Part shown: positions 26,534 through 40,110 of the stretch, piece after piece
Position numbering within the stretch: position 1 is the stretch's first letter
Layout of the letters: each line of letters opens with the position of its first letter
Assembly: GCF_026571515.1 (NCBI RefSeq)
Contig: NW_026863245.1
Coordinates: 1 to 64,000, forward strand
Reading direction: 5' to 3'
DNA from: Ruditapes philippinarum
Taxonomy: Eukaryota
Length of the DNA stretch: 64,000 nt
Notes under the pieces: generated by a model
Seen by the model: the letters and a program-made list of their open reading frames with translations, nothing else
Told to the model about the DNA's origin: nothing
Databases searched by the model: none
Translations under genes and position numbers: made by a program

Positions 26534-29500
26534 TTAGGAACGTCGTTTGTCAACGAACATGTACATTCCATTTTCTGTTCTCATTACCGCCGCTTGATTC
26601 TTCCTAACTTCGTGACTTGTATCCAGACGAAATGTAAAACTGAAACAAACATATAGTTGTCAACTTAATCTATTTTTTTTAATTGAAACATAGTTCTTTC
26701 ACTGGTTGGTTCATTACAAATACACTCATGTTTTTGTGTACAACCTATTATGTTTTTGTGTACAACTTATTACAAAGTGAAACTTGTACTGTTATATCAA
26801 TAAAAACGTGTTGTTTACAGCTGACTTTACATATGCATTGTTAATCACATATCCTTACATATTACGTGACGTCATTTGCAGTACAGTATGCAAACAAAGC
26901 GTATAATTATTTCGTATAGCTTTATTTAAAGGCTCGCATTTTTTTCAATCCTTTCAATATTAGTAATAAATCATAAGATACTCATTCATTCAATATCCTC
27001 TTGATATGCATGAGAAGTCTTCTTAAAGTTACTTACTGTTTTAGGAGTTTTGACAGAACCACCTTAAGTTCGTTCATTGCAAAGTTCTGACCAATGCAGT
27101 TCCTAGAATAACAGAAACAAATATTTGTGTATTATAAAAAGGAGCTCGTGAAATGATTCAATTTACATAAATATACGTAATGCTTTTTTTATTATTTCTA
27201 TTTCCGGTCAAAATTGCTCTGACTTTCTTTAATTCACCATTGTATTTTAGCTTTTACTCTATATTTCGTAAACCAATGCCACTTTATTGTATAAAGAAAG
27301 CGTCTAAAGTCTGATTAGCTTGGGTAACTTGTGTAGCAGGATGAAACAAACATAATTTTACTACCAAAATTAACCTGGTTTGTTACTCACGCCTTTTTTT
27401 CTAAATCTCATATATGATGAGGTCAAAGATATCAAATGCAGTTTTATCATGAAATGGCAATCATTGAAATAATCGTAAGACAAATGAGTTAGTCTCTTAA
27501 GAATCAAGTCTTGAATCAAGACATAAGAAGCGAACTTTCTGAAAATGGGGTTACTATCAATTTAATACATGTAGTATTATGAGACTATGTACATTTTCAA
27601 GCGAAGCACTGGAAAAGATAATATATAAAATTCACTCTACTTTATGTGCAACAACTGTATGCGGTTTATCATAGAATTATTTCAGCTACGGACATGCTTT
27701 ACCTACCTAGGTCCAGCTGAAAATGGCACGAACTGGAAATTTTCCATTGTGTCAATATTTTCTTTTGAGAATCTGCCTGGTTTGAACTCCATATGATCAG
27801 ATCCCCATATATGCTCCATGTGATTCAATGCCCAAATGTTGATTTGAACCAGTGTCCCTTTAGGTGCAACACGGTCACCAAGATCAAAGTCGTTTTCTAT
27901 ATCACGACCAACAATCGGTACCGGTGCATGAAGACGCATTCCTTCTTTAATACACATCGTGAGATACTCAAATTTACTCAAATCTGACCTACAATATATT
28001 TCATATTTGTAAAATCTTCGGGCAGAGATACAAATCAAACGCGATATTTCAAGAATGTTAAGAGTAGATGTCGTACCATCAGTCAACCATTCTTGCACAT
28101 ATTTCAACGAGGAATTTATATGTCAAAATTAAAGAAAAAACACCAATACACCTAACTTCTTTGTTACTACCAATTAACTTACCATTCAATATCGTCGCTG
28201 TCTCTGTCTCTTAAAAGTTCGTCTATTTCTTTTTGACATTTTCGTTGACATTCGGCATTTTCCGCAAGGGAAAAAAGTATCCACGAAATGGCACTGGCGG
28301 TGGTGTCATGACCTTTGAACGTTTAAAGAATTATATGAGAATTTCACAGGTTTTATCAAAAATCTTTAACCTATGGAGTCACACGAAATTTTTCGCACAA
28401 TGTTTACTACTGCATAATAAATTTGATAATCTGTCTTTCAAGTATATTTAACTCCTGCTATATAACATAGCTTTAAATTGTAAAAGGGTGTGTCCTTAGT
28501 CGGACAAGTTGCATGATTGTATATACTATATAATTATATGGGTAGATTATTAAACGCAGTGAGCAACTCAGTGTTCTATTATACCCCTATTTTATTTCAA
28601 TAGACTTACCTTCAAATAAGAACGTATCAACTTCATTCCTAACTTCTAAGCGTGTTAGCTTGTTGCCAACTTCGTCCTTTGCCTTCAAGAGAATGTCAAG
28701 GAAGTCAACATACCGACGCTTGTCGGGCTTTCCTGTTTCCTGAAAATAGTTGTTTCGTGTGCTGTACAATATTTCATTTTGGGTACGCCTGAATATCTTG
28801 TATTAATCAACAATTAATTTACATTACATTTACAATTTACATACAAGAGATAAAACGTTTGGTCAGTGACCTAAATACATTAGATAACAGATATGTGTTC
28901 AGGAGACAGCACTATGGACTAATAAAATTATAGAAGCGGTAAAGAAAAATAAAACTATGAAAAACAATTAAGTATACAATTGTAATAACTTTATTGCTTG
29001 TTCAGTGTCAAGGTTAGGATAAGATTCAAATGATTATAACTTTTTCACAACATATTGCATAAACATCAATGACAGTGAAACATAAAAATATCAACAGAAA
29101 TGTCTATGTTGAAAAAGACAACAAATTGTAGTCTGAAGTAAATCCCTTGTGTAAAAATGAGAATGTTAGAGTCTGTTAAATGTTAAATTATTTTAGGCCA
29201 ATTTTTAAGCTCTAAATGGAAGAACTATTAAAATTATGAACTTTAAATTGTCTTGCATGATGTGGGTGATAATATTTGGAGTTTAGTGAAAATTCCGTAA
29301 CAAATAAATAAGTGATAGTTAAAAGAATTAAAAAGCCAAACCATTTAAACTGAAGCTAATTCTGGAATAATTTTATGAACAAACTGTAATTAAAATTTGG
29401 GCGCGGACAACGGAGTAAGACTGCTCTCCATTTTACAATGGGTATAGCTGAGCTAAGATTGTATATGAAGTAGTTGAGGAACGGGATAAATCTATGCTAG

Positions 29501-32500
29501 TATTTTATGTCTTGGAAAGTCACTTAGAAAGTGTCTCATGTACAACATGTAAGATATGCACGACAGTTCGCAGGTAAACCTTGACAAGAAAGTGTTAAGC
29601 CAAATCTAAAACAAACACTAACGCAGTTGCCGCGAGGAATAGTACAGCGTTAAACTGGTATGCTAAACGTAAAGTCTGGTGTATATTTACATGTATCTCA
29701 ATTTAGTTTAAACAACAAACATCTTATTGCCATGTGGAAAAACTTACCAGTTCAAGTTGACGCTTATCAATAATTTCTTCTGACACGGTATGCACAAATT
29801 CACAATCCTTTTTATACTGTCGGCTGGCTTTAGTTAGATTCCAAAAAAAGTCAACCAACAAAATTGGATTTCTGTTTGAAAAGATACTATATTTAAAATG
29901 ATAAATATCATCAATGTACCAATAATTTCAGATTTCTAAACCTATACATTTCACTTATTACTACTATACACTGTTATAATATTATATTTACAATTCTGCT
30001 CAATTACAATTTTATTTTGACATTACTGAGTCTAAGATACATGATCGCAAGGTTCTTTACACTTCTGGTAATTGTTAAGTTATATATTTTTTTAATATGA
30101 AGGTCAATACGCATATTAACATAATACATGTTTTCAACGAGTTATAACATGATTATACTTGCTTCAAGGTAAACAAACACCATCAAACTGGAGCATTGAA
30201 AAAAAACATGTTTTCGAACGTAATCAAATTGTTCTTCTTGTCTTGCTTATCATAATGATGAAATCATGGATTAAGAAAAAAACTTACAGAAATCTTTCGG
30301 AGAGCCTACAAGTTAAACGATTCACTGCTTTAACGTACTCATTTGTCTCTCTGAAAGTTAAAAATTTCTCACTTCATAAAGAAAACCCAAAATATTATTA
30401 CCGCTCCGGTGACATATTTTGTTTTTTTTAAACGATTTTTGACAATAAGCGTATACAAAATAAGAAAATCCGCAAAGGTACATTGCAGATTGGCTTTCAT
30501 ATCGTGGCTGATTTGTGCAATTCGTGTTTTCGCCCCGCGACCTACGAAAAGTCGATAATTAACAAGTTAAAATGGCGGGGGCGCGGAGCGAAAAGTCGCT
30601 ATTTAATCATTAGCGGGGTCGCAGGGCGAACACACGAATGGCACAAATCAGCCACGATACTTTCATCATGTTTTAAAGACGTAAACGTAACAAATGGATA
30701 CTCAAGTTTTATATTTGAAGATATTATGGGACTTAAGAATAAATATAAATTAAGTCAAACAAAACCAAATGGTATATGTCGATACTCATTCGCCTTGTTT
30801 TCGATATACAATTTGATCAAGCGAATTAATCTTGTATATAGCTCCCAGAATCAGTGCTTAAATTATCTTTTATTGTTTGTTTTTTCAATGCTATGTTAAT
30901 TTTAGAATGTATGAATTATTACTTAAATACTTTTTAAGAAATTAAAATATTAAACGGTCATATACCCTGCGGTTTGCACATTTTTCGTGTATGAAAATGC
31001 ACATCTCAGCATGCTGTCCAGCGTACATAAACATACTTCGTTGAATACCTCAAATCTTTTGCCTTCTTCCGCCTTTTTTGTCAACTTTTCCTGAAATTGT
31101 CGTGAACTTTTTATTTGTCCAGTTTTTTAACATTGTGTTTAATGATTTAACAAAATCAAATGCTAAATACAACATTTATAGACAATTTGCTTATGCACGC
31201 TTGTGATAATAATTTTTACACAGCTTTGCATTTTAACCCTTATAACTCAATTATTTTAAAACTCTATTATTTTAAACAGACTTCAAAAACCATTTATTTT
31301 TATAGGAATGGATGAATGGCAAACAATACTGACCATGATCAGACAGTATGAATGCGCAGGCCGGCTGATACTTTTCCGACGTGAGGGGGAGGGGGTAGTT
31401 TTACATATGTATCAAGTCTACAAGCAGTAAGTGACAAAACGACTGTTGACAAATTAGTGGAACATAAAAATGGGTCAAAATAACTTGTTTCAAAAACAAT
31501 TCCAGAATTTACCACAAGTATATCCGCCGATTCGTTGAACACCTGCACGTAAGGCATCAGTATCTCGAAATGGAAGGCAGGGGTTAGCAGACGTCTGTTT
31601 CGTGCCCATTTTTCTCCATTGGCCACAAGCAAACCTTCGCCTAGCCATGGCAACAAGAGGCGATATAAACCGACAAACCCTCTCGATTTTGGCTCTGTAA
31701 TCCGAAATAAAAACTATATTATACTTTTATCTTTATAACAAATATAGCCAGAGGTGAAAACAGAATAAAATATATCACAAGAAAGGTTAATATATAATCA
31801 ATATACCAGTGTAAGATATTTTTTCAAATATTTGAAGAACGGCGAGATAAAACATTTACGTCTCAGTTAGTTATATATATTTCTACATTACACAATGCTA
31901 ATTAAGAAATAAGTAAATAAGTATCAACAATTTTCCTTGACAAAAGTCATAATGTCTCTGTAATTTGAACCCATTAGTCGACTCTTATGATCATGCAGGC
32001 ATAAACGATGACTGCAATCCTGATGCCTCAACTCCTACACGTAACCCCTCAATCACAAGGGGTGAGAGTCTATATATTTTTTGAAAATATAGATCATTTT
32101 AATAGTCATTGACCAAATATTGATAACAAGAAACATGGCAATGCCATGAAACCAGGTTTTCAATTATCACCATTGTAGATAAATATGTTGTATTTGAAAT
32201 ACAAATACAAGCAACAAACAATGTAACTATGTGCAATGTAAAACATGAATAATGTAGGAGGAATTGCCACTGAAGAAGTGTTCACTATAATATTATGTAT
32301 AAGGAAAAAAACAAAGGGCCATAATTAGGTCAAAAACTATCCAATCACAAAACCCGGACAATATGTGCCAGGGTGCTTGATGACAAAGCTTCTGTGAAAG
32401 TTTGAACAAAATCCGTTGAGAAATGTAGGACAAGTTCAGCACAGAAGAATTTGTTCACTATAAATTATATTGATAATTCTGTATAATGAAAACAAGTTAC

Positions 32501-35500
32501 AAAGTAGACATGAAATAATATATCATATCTTTTTTAAATTACCTCCAAAGATGATATGACCTTTGACTGCCAAATCAAGTTAAAATCATGTAAACAGGAT
32601 TTTCAATGTTAATGTCACTGTGACCTTGACCTTGGAGCAAGCCATGCGGAACATGCGTTCTGCACGTCATCTTGATGTGGTAAACATTTGTCTGAAGTTT
32701 CATCAAAATTCTTCAAAGGGTTGAAGAGTTACAGAGCGGACAGGATTTTCAATGTTAATGAAATCATGTAAACAGGATTTTCAATGTTAATGTCACTGTG
32801 ACCTTGACCTTGGAGCCAGCCATGCGGAACATGCGTTCTGCACGTCATCTTGATGTGGTAAACATTTGTCTGAAGTTTCATCAAAATTCTTCAAAGGGTT
32901 GAAGAGTTACAGAGCGGACAGGATTTTCAATGTTAATGTCACTGTGACCTTGACCTTGGAGCCAGCCATGCGGAACATGCGTTCTGCACGTCATCTTGAT
33001 GTGGTAAACATTTGTCTGAAGTTTCATCAAAATTCTTCAAAGGGTTGAAGAGTTACAGAGCGGACAGGATTTTCAATGTTAATGTCACTGTGACCTTGAC
33101 CTTGGAGCCAGCCATGCGGAACATGCGTTCTGCACGTCATCTTGATGTGGTAAACATTTGTCTGAAGTTTCATCAAAATTCTTCAAAGGGTTGAAGAGTT
33201 ACAGAGCGGACAGGATTTTCAATGTTAATGAAATCATGTAAACAGGATTTTCAATGTTAATGTCACTGTGACCTTGACCTTGGAGCCAGCCATGCGGAAC
33301 ATGCGTTCTGCACGTCATCTTGATGTGGTAAACATTTGTCTGAAGTTTCATCAAAATTCTTCAAAGGGTTGAAGAGTTACAGAGCGGACAGGATTTTCAA
33401 TGTTAATGTCACTGTGACCTTGACCTTGGAGCCAGCCATGCGGAACATGCGTTCTGCACGTCATCTTGATGTGGTAAACATTTGTCTGAAGTTTCATCAA
33501 AATTCTTCAAAGGGTTGAAGAGTTACAGAGCGGACACAATTTCGTTTGACGCCCATCCGCCCATCCGCCCATCTGCCCATCCGCCCATCCGCCCGCCATA
33601 CCCCAATCTAATAACCAGGATTTTCAAAATTGAAAACCTGGTTAATAAAAAATAGTATAAAATGTAACACTTGCCTAAATATCAAAAGACTGTCCCACTC
33701 TTTTTATAAATTTAACATTAACAATACATTCCGAACTAGATTATTAAATTGAAAGCAATTATGGCAAAATTTAAGTTATTTTGACATTGACCTGTACACC
33801 CAAACCTTGGATGGGCATAATGTCTCGCATCATACAACATTATAAAATACATATACATGTTCGCCCTTTCTATTGAAATGAAAGTTTGTTCATTTCTGGG
33901 GCATAATGTGCCTTTACATAAGCCAAGTACCCAGTCCTGATCTAATCAGTGTATTGTTACATTACTGTACATGACCACCACATGTATTGGCGGAAACGGA
34001 ACAATAGGCTGGCGAAATCTTAACTGTAATTTGACGCGATGAAAATTCACATGACTAGCATGAAATCATGAAATATATACATATTATCAGGCCAATTTCC
34101 TAATAAATATATTTTTCTTTCTCCTCTTTTATTGTGAGTAATAATTAACAAAAGTTCAAACCTATATATGCTTAACCTGCACAAGTTTCATTCATAAATA
34201 ATATGTTACCTTTACGCTGAATCCACAAATTTCTCCTATCGCTAATAATAAATTAACATAAAAACTGGACGATATTGCATACATTTGTAACAGCATAAAA
34301 TACCTAACCATTGGTGAAGTAATACAAATGTTTACCCCAAATTAGGATACATGTTTTACCAAAATTTGGAAAACTGTATAAATTAAGCCCGCATCCCGCA
34401 AACCGCAGTTTCGGATAGCGGAGTTCAGTATTTTTCTTCTTATTTCAGGTAAGCTAAAGTTCTTCTTAAAAATGTATAAATCTGTTCATATTGTTCGTTA
34501 GTTTTGTGTATTCATAATTTCTTAAAAATATATAGAGCACATTTTAAATAGTTATAATTTATTTAAAAATATTCTGCTAAGGAACTTTTATTTTTATTTA
34601 CAAACGGTACTTACAATTTATTTGAAAAGAATATTTACTTTACATATTTGTTTTACATTACGATCTATGCTATATTGTTAAGTATTTCTATACATAAAGC
34701 AAATTTCAAATAGTTATAGTTTATTTAAAAATATTATGCTAATAATCTTTATTTTATTCGATATTTACAATTTATTTCAAAAAATTGTGCTATATTATAA
34801 AGTATTAATATGTTCATGAATTGCAGTTTTGTACCATATAATAATATAATTTAAAAATAAAGTTTGGAATAGCTGAGTTCAGTAGTTTTCTTCTTATTTC
34901 AGAATATATGTCAGTCTTCTCTAAAAATTATATTTTCCAAGTTATTCCCCAGGTCGTTTGTGTATTAAACTCAAATAAAAAAACCAGCTCAATAATTTAA
35001 AAAGCAATGTTATCAAACTAAAAACAAAAGTAACACCAAGGCGGCCTAATAATATCTTTTGATATACAATATTGTTTACACTGGTAAATGTATAATCTTT
35101 AAATAATTTAATACAAATTTGTCATTTGTTCCGATATTAACAGTGATATGTAGTTATATGGCCTACTTAACTATGACAATAATTTTTACAAGGCTCTACA
35201 AATGAAATTACCACTAACACTACATAATATGCGTGGAAACAAGATTTTGTAAAAGTTTGAGTCGGGTATGTACATGTACCATCGGCTCTATTTCGCCGGT
35301 TAATCGGGTCCATTTTGATAACCCATGTGTCCCATCTGCTAAAGTCAATAATTGTAAATTGGTAGAAAAGAACAGGTTTTAACTTTTACAAATTACTTAT
35401 TGAATAAGTTCGATAACTGGTTTCATTCGGATGAATGTGTTTGAGTTCTTAAAATTTAGTAGAGAAAGTATATTTGAGTCGCGTCACGACAAAACCAACA

Positions 35501-38500
35501 TAATGGGTTTGCGACCAGCATGGATCCAGACCAGCCTGCGCATCCGCGCAGTCTGATCAGGATCCATGCTGTTCGCTATCAGTTTCTCTATTTGTTATAG
35601 GGTTTGAAAGCGAACAGCATGGATCTTGATCAGACTGCGCGGATGCGCAGGCTGGTCTGGATCCATGCTGGTCACAAACTCATTATGTTGGTTTTGTCGT
35701 GACACGGCTCATTTGTTGATCAATCCTTACTGCTGGCACAGCAACAGCAATGGCATCAACGTCTAACAACCTATACGTTGGTTACTGCACTAAAATGTTC
35801 TGGTAGAGACGAGTTCGAAAGTTACTTATCGAACACACTCTGTAGTTAAATAAATAAACTCCTATATCTTTATACAATGTCATCAGCGCTAGTGGTGCTG
35901 GCGTTAAGTCCATGGGGAATTCGGAGTGCCACCAACCCACTCATACACGCATCTTTATGGCTGGGGAGAAGATCATATAGTGCTTTGTTTTGTCTTTAAG
36001 AACTGTCAGACACTTCTTTTTTCACCAAATGACATTGCTATTCATTAAAGGAGTAAACTTTGTAAACATGGTATATTTTCAGTGTGGCAAAGAATTCGGC
36101 GAAAAGTATATGTGCGTAATGAGGGTCCGAGTACCAGGGCCCAAAATCACTTACCATTTAGGCTTCAAGACTGAGACAATTACTAATAGAATAAATTTAC
36201 TGTTTGGATTAACAAGCATTAATATAATCTGAGCGGAATCAAAATCTAATTAACAATACTAACCGTTACTTTTGCATATTATGCTCATTATCCTTGGACT
36301 GCATGCTATAACGAGTGGTTTCTTAAACATGCCCCATAACAAAACGTAGCCTTGTTCCTTTCCGTATTTATTACAAATGTCAAGGAAATACTGCATTCGA
36401 TCATGTCCATCTTTAGGGAACTGAAAAATGACGACAATACAGAATTTTAGACGGAAAGTCTTCATAAGGACTCATCGGCACTTACTTAGTACAATCATGT
36501 AATAATGTCGGAACTAAAATTCAGAACTAGAATTACAAACATTCTTGGGATGACATAATTATTTACGCTTCTTGAAATATATTCAATCTGGAAAAGATTT
36601 ATCTATCATTGAATGTAAAATTAAGGAATTAAAAATAAAACGTTAGAATTTTCTAGAAGGTCACTTTTAAAAAAATTAATATTGGCAGGATCCAAGGTAG
36701 TCTCTCCGGCCAGGTTGTCAGTTATCAACTTGTATTTTCCAACAGACACCGGTAAACCAAACCATCGAATACTGCTACCATGCGGGATCATATTCATTGG
36801 TCATTAAGGCGCTTCCTATTACGCCCTTTAATAGCTCTTCACTCTTGTGCCAGATCCAAAATAAAACTGATTCTGTCTCATGTGCAATGGCTAATATGGT
36901 TCATGTTGCGCACATGTACGCCCGCAAACTTTATCACATTTGGAAGCCAGCTTCCCTGGAAAGAACCAAAACCATACAAAACCTCATTCCTTACATGTAG
37001 GCAGCTATATTTTCCAGTTTCTGCTCGCAATTCTTTTACATTCTATCTTCCCATAGAAGATAGGTTTAAGTAATATAACTTGCTAGGTAATAGATGACCA
37101 TAAACCAATGACAGATTTAAGTTTGGTCATAATATTGTCTTTTGGGAACTTCAGCTTATTATTGCTCAGCGCCCACAGGCGCGGAGCTATTTGTGTTTAC
37201 TATTTTTTTTGTCCATGGGCCCGGATTTGATCAATAAATCCCTTCGATTTACAGCTTAAAGTAAATCCGCATTCAAGAACTCCTTTCGATTTCTATATTG
37301 GTTTCCCCGTCGGTGATTCGCAGCATGTCATATTAATGAATGAGAACCGGAAAGCAGTTCTGCTGTACATGAATTCGAAAGCTATAAATAGTTATAAATG
37401 TTCTGATTTTTGACACTTAGTTATAAATTTGTTATTTCCCTTATTTGTAGTACATGAAATTATAATTTGTTACATTTTGAATTACATTTACACACAGCAT
37501 ATCAAGTATACTATTAGTGATTGAATTTGTCAATATAAAGAAGATTTCAGGTATAAGACTTTAACAATTTTGCTTTTGATAATTATTCTTAATTTATATT
37601 TATGAAATTAAATGTTTAATAATAACATGTTGATATATTGGTTGCTTTGAAATAATTAAACTTGAGTATATAAGGTTACATTTCATTAGCGTCATTGGTA
37701 TAGCATGCCACGTTGTGAAAAAGTATGACTGGTGACAAATTCGGGGTCCGTACTCAAAGCGAAAGCTGCATTTTGTGGCCTTACGAGAGGATGGATCCTC
37801 ATTAAGCATAGGCTATAGATAGATATCATGATATTAAAACAACTCTGCAGTTTGAACATGAAGTGTCATGTTTTTTATGAATGGTTTTAAAGCAATTCAA
37901 CAAAAAATATATATTGATCTTCCAATAAATTAACGATAGTTTTTTTTTTATATATTACCAATGTCAAATAGCTTTCATATCTTTGACTCGCACTAACATG
38001 ATGTTAGAGAATTTCCTCATACCTGCCTAAAATTCAGGTAACAGTCTTCAATTATATTGATAAATACTGTATCACCATGTAACGCGTGTATAACAAACAA
38101 AAAAAATCCTGAATTTGGTCTTTTATAATTTATCCCATTTTTTCATTCCAGAGTGTGTTCTACTTTCAGTATTGAAAGAAACCATTTTTTTTTAATTTGA
38201 CATGAAAAAAAATGCATGTAATATTACTATATTATAATATTAGTCCCTTTTGTTACTATTTGTATATTTGTTACAATAATAATAATAAAAAAACAGACTT
38301 TGATATTTTTATCATCTTATGTTACTGACTACAGAACACAGTACAGTCATGTCACATAACATTTACAAGTCTTGTAAGTCTTGTTTGTATTCAATGGAAT
38401 TACTTTCCTTACCAGGTAGGCATCAGTGAAAGCATTTTTTATATTAAATATCTTTCCCCTCTTTTTAATTATGGACAATGCATAAGATAAGTATAATTAT

Positions 38501-39791
38501 GCAAAAAAATGGTTTACAAAACATTCGGAAAAAATCTACAATAGTACTTAATCTGAATATAGCATGACCTGTGCGTAGGAACAATTTGGTAAGGTATCTG
38601 TAATGAGCACATTTTTTGCGCGGAGCTTCTCAATTGCTGCATTGCAGCAACATTTGTACTTGTTATCTCTTTCATGTTCATAGGCCTACGTGATCATTAC
38701 CAAGTCCATTCTGTTGTGTAAGCGTTGAATATGATGTTTATCTATAGCTTCGATAACAGGAGATTAAAAGACTAGCAGTGAAATTACTTAGTCATCGATA
38801 AAATAACACAATATGTTTGTCGTCTGCTCCAGTAAAATATATACATGTGCAATGCACTATATTTTTCACTGTTTGCACAGTTACAAATAACACGTTTGAA
38901 ACGTTAACCTACATATTCCTCGTTCAAAACATGATATGCGATGGCAGCTCGATCATTAGTAGGGTAGACTAGTGCGCATGTGTGTAAATGCATGATCAAG
39001 AGTTTTGAGACTTCAACAAATGAGCCGCGTCACGACAAAACCAACGTAATGCGTTTGCGACCAGCATGGATCCAGACCAGCCTGCGCATCCGCGCAGTCT
39101 GATCAGGATCCATGCTGTTCGCTTACCAACCCTTAGTATTACAAGTAGAGAAACTGATAGCGAACAGCATGGATCCTGATCAGACTGCGCGGATGCGCAG
39201 GCTGGTCTGGAGCCATGCTGGTCGCAAACGCACTATGTTGGTTTTGTCATGACGCGGCTCAAATATCGACTATCGAAATAGATAGTTTCACCGTGTACTG
39301 TTTCTACAACACATCATTATTAGTTGTGTTTAAGATGTTTTTAAATTGATGCCATTTTAAGAGATTTTTTCTACAAATATCGACTACAGAATAGTGTATC
39401 TATAAACAATTAAGTCTAAATACGGTACTAGATCAACCTACATGGTCCATATAATGATTTTAAAACATGTAAATTATGCTCCCTTTAAAATCAATGGTCA
39501 ATCAGTATCTTGAACTCCGATAGCAGCTAACCTGAGAAACCTCTGCTCCCCTTGTTTATATAAAACCAGATCAACCTTCATCCGCCCCTGACTGCGAAAA
39601 GACGGTAAATAAAATCTTACGTAACTTACGTGCACAAGACTGCCAAAAAGCCAGTGACATTTCTCTGGACCTTTTGCTCCCTTGAATATAGCTGTTATTC
39701 TCCTCACATGCAATAAAAATAACACAATGCGATATATAACCGCAGATACCAACAAAAACAAAATAGTTTTAAGTATCAGTGAGACTTCCAT
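26534..39791 (-). CDS. CYP4: Cytochrome P450 family 4 (CYP4-clan), 508 aa, 11 exons
   Basis: Exons 39791-39630, 36420-36264, 31694-31513, 31090-30966, 30350-30288, 29871-29748, 28739-28610, 28312-28183, 27988-27707, 27102-27037, 26639-26534. Total 1527 nt, all GT-AG, phases consistent. Motifs: N-terminal anchor, WLGEGLL, WxxxR (WARNRR), CYP4 I-helix [13 protein letters not shown], ExxR (EGMR), PxRF (PGRF), heme FSAGPRNCIG. Confidence 0.95.
30500..30659. mobile_element. 160-bp MITE in CYP4 intron 4, 6-bp TSD
   Basis: ctttca|tatcgtggctgatttgtg ... cacaaatcagccacgata|ctttca. Confidence 0.85.
32126..33644 (+). mobile_element. Helentron/HINE-type non-autonomous element carrying a 146-bp tandem array (CYP4 intron 2)
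   Basis: 5' aacaag + small hairpin catggcaatgccatg; six near-identical 146-bp units at 32593-33535; (cgcccatc)n microsatellite; 3' hairpin accagg..ttttcaaaattgaaaa..cctggt, whose motif also occurs near the 5' end. Confidence 0.75.
35476..35710. mobile_element. Sola-like palindromic MITE, copy 1 (CYP4 intron 2)
   Basis: ATTT|gagtcgcgtcacgacaaaaccaac ... gttggttttgtcgtgacacggctc|ATTT; ~105-bp arms; 4-bp AWWT TSD and GAG termini. Confidence 0.85.
37160..38663 (-). mobile_element. Helentron/HINE-type element without a tandem array (CYP4 intron 1)
   Basis: Minus-strand 5' end aacaag + hairpin ttgctgcaatgcagcaa + agctccgcgc. The 3' end repeats agctccgcgc in a hairpin (agctccgcgcctgtgggcgctgagc) before an A/T tail. 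Same end grammar as the satellite-bearing elements. Confidence 0.6.
39022..39260. mobile_element. Sola-like palindromic MITE, copy 2 (CYP4 intron 1)
   Basis: AAAT|gagccgcgtcacgacaaaaccaac ... gttggttttgtcatgacgcggctc|AAAT; same family as 35476-35710. Confidence 0.85.
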
Positions 39792-39870
39792 TTTTTAAAC
39801 CCACTGCCCTGTAGGATGTACACGGTCAAATGATACGCTGTGATGATCTTTCAACAATAGTGCTCGCTCT

Positions 39871-40110
39871 CACAAGTGCTCGTCCAGTATATATAAAAAA
39901 AAATAAATTAAAAAAAAAAACCCAACTATTTTGGGTCGAGTGTAAGAAAAAAAAATTGATTTTTTTCCTATATACCATTACTACTCGTTTTAATTTTTTT
40001 TCTTACACTCAACCCAAAATAAATAGTTGTTTTGATGTTGTTTTTTTTTTGTTTTTTTTTTTAATTTCAATTATTTTTATATGGGCACCAAGACTGGACG
40101 AGCACTTGTG
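39871..40110. mobile_element. 240-bp palindromic MITE with 8-bp TSD (hAT/P-type) just upstream of CYP4
   Basis: ctcgctct|cacaagtgctcgtccagt ... actggacgagcacttgtg|ctcgctct; inner arms ttttgggtcgagtgtaagaaaaaa / ttttttcttacactcaacccaaaa. Confidence 0.85.

Noticed and set aside
28800-29400. Possible LINE 3' remnant in CYP4 intron 6
   Set aside because: Only a vague compositional resemblance; no readable RT motif, so it is not reported as a feature.
30483-30899. 138-aa plus-strand ORF
   Set aside because: Runs through a GC-rich MITE in a CYP4 intron, antisense, with a TTG start and no protein motif.
32866-33518. Three identical 60-aa ORFs (MSEVSSKFF...)
   Set aside because: Artefacts of the 146-bp tandem repeat, with TTG starts, antisense within a CYP4 intron.
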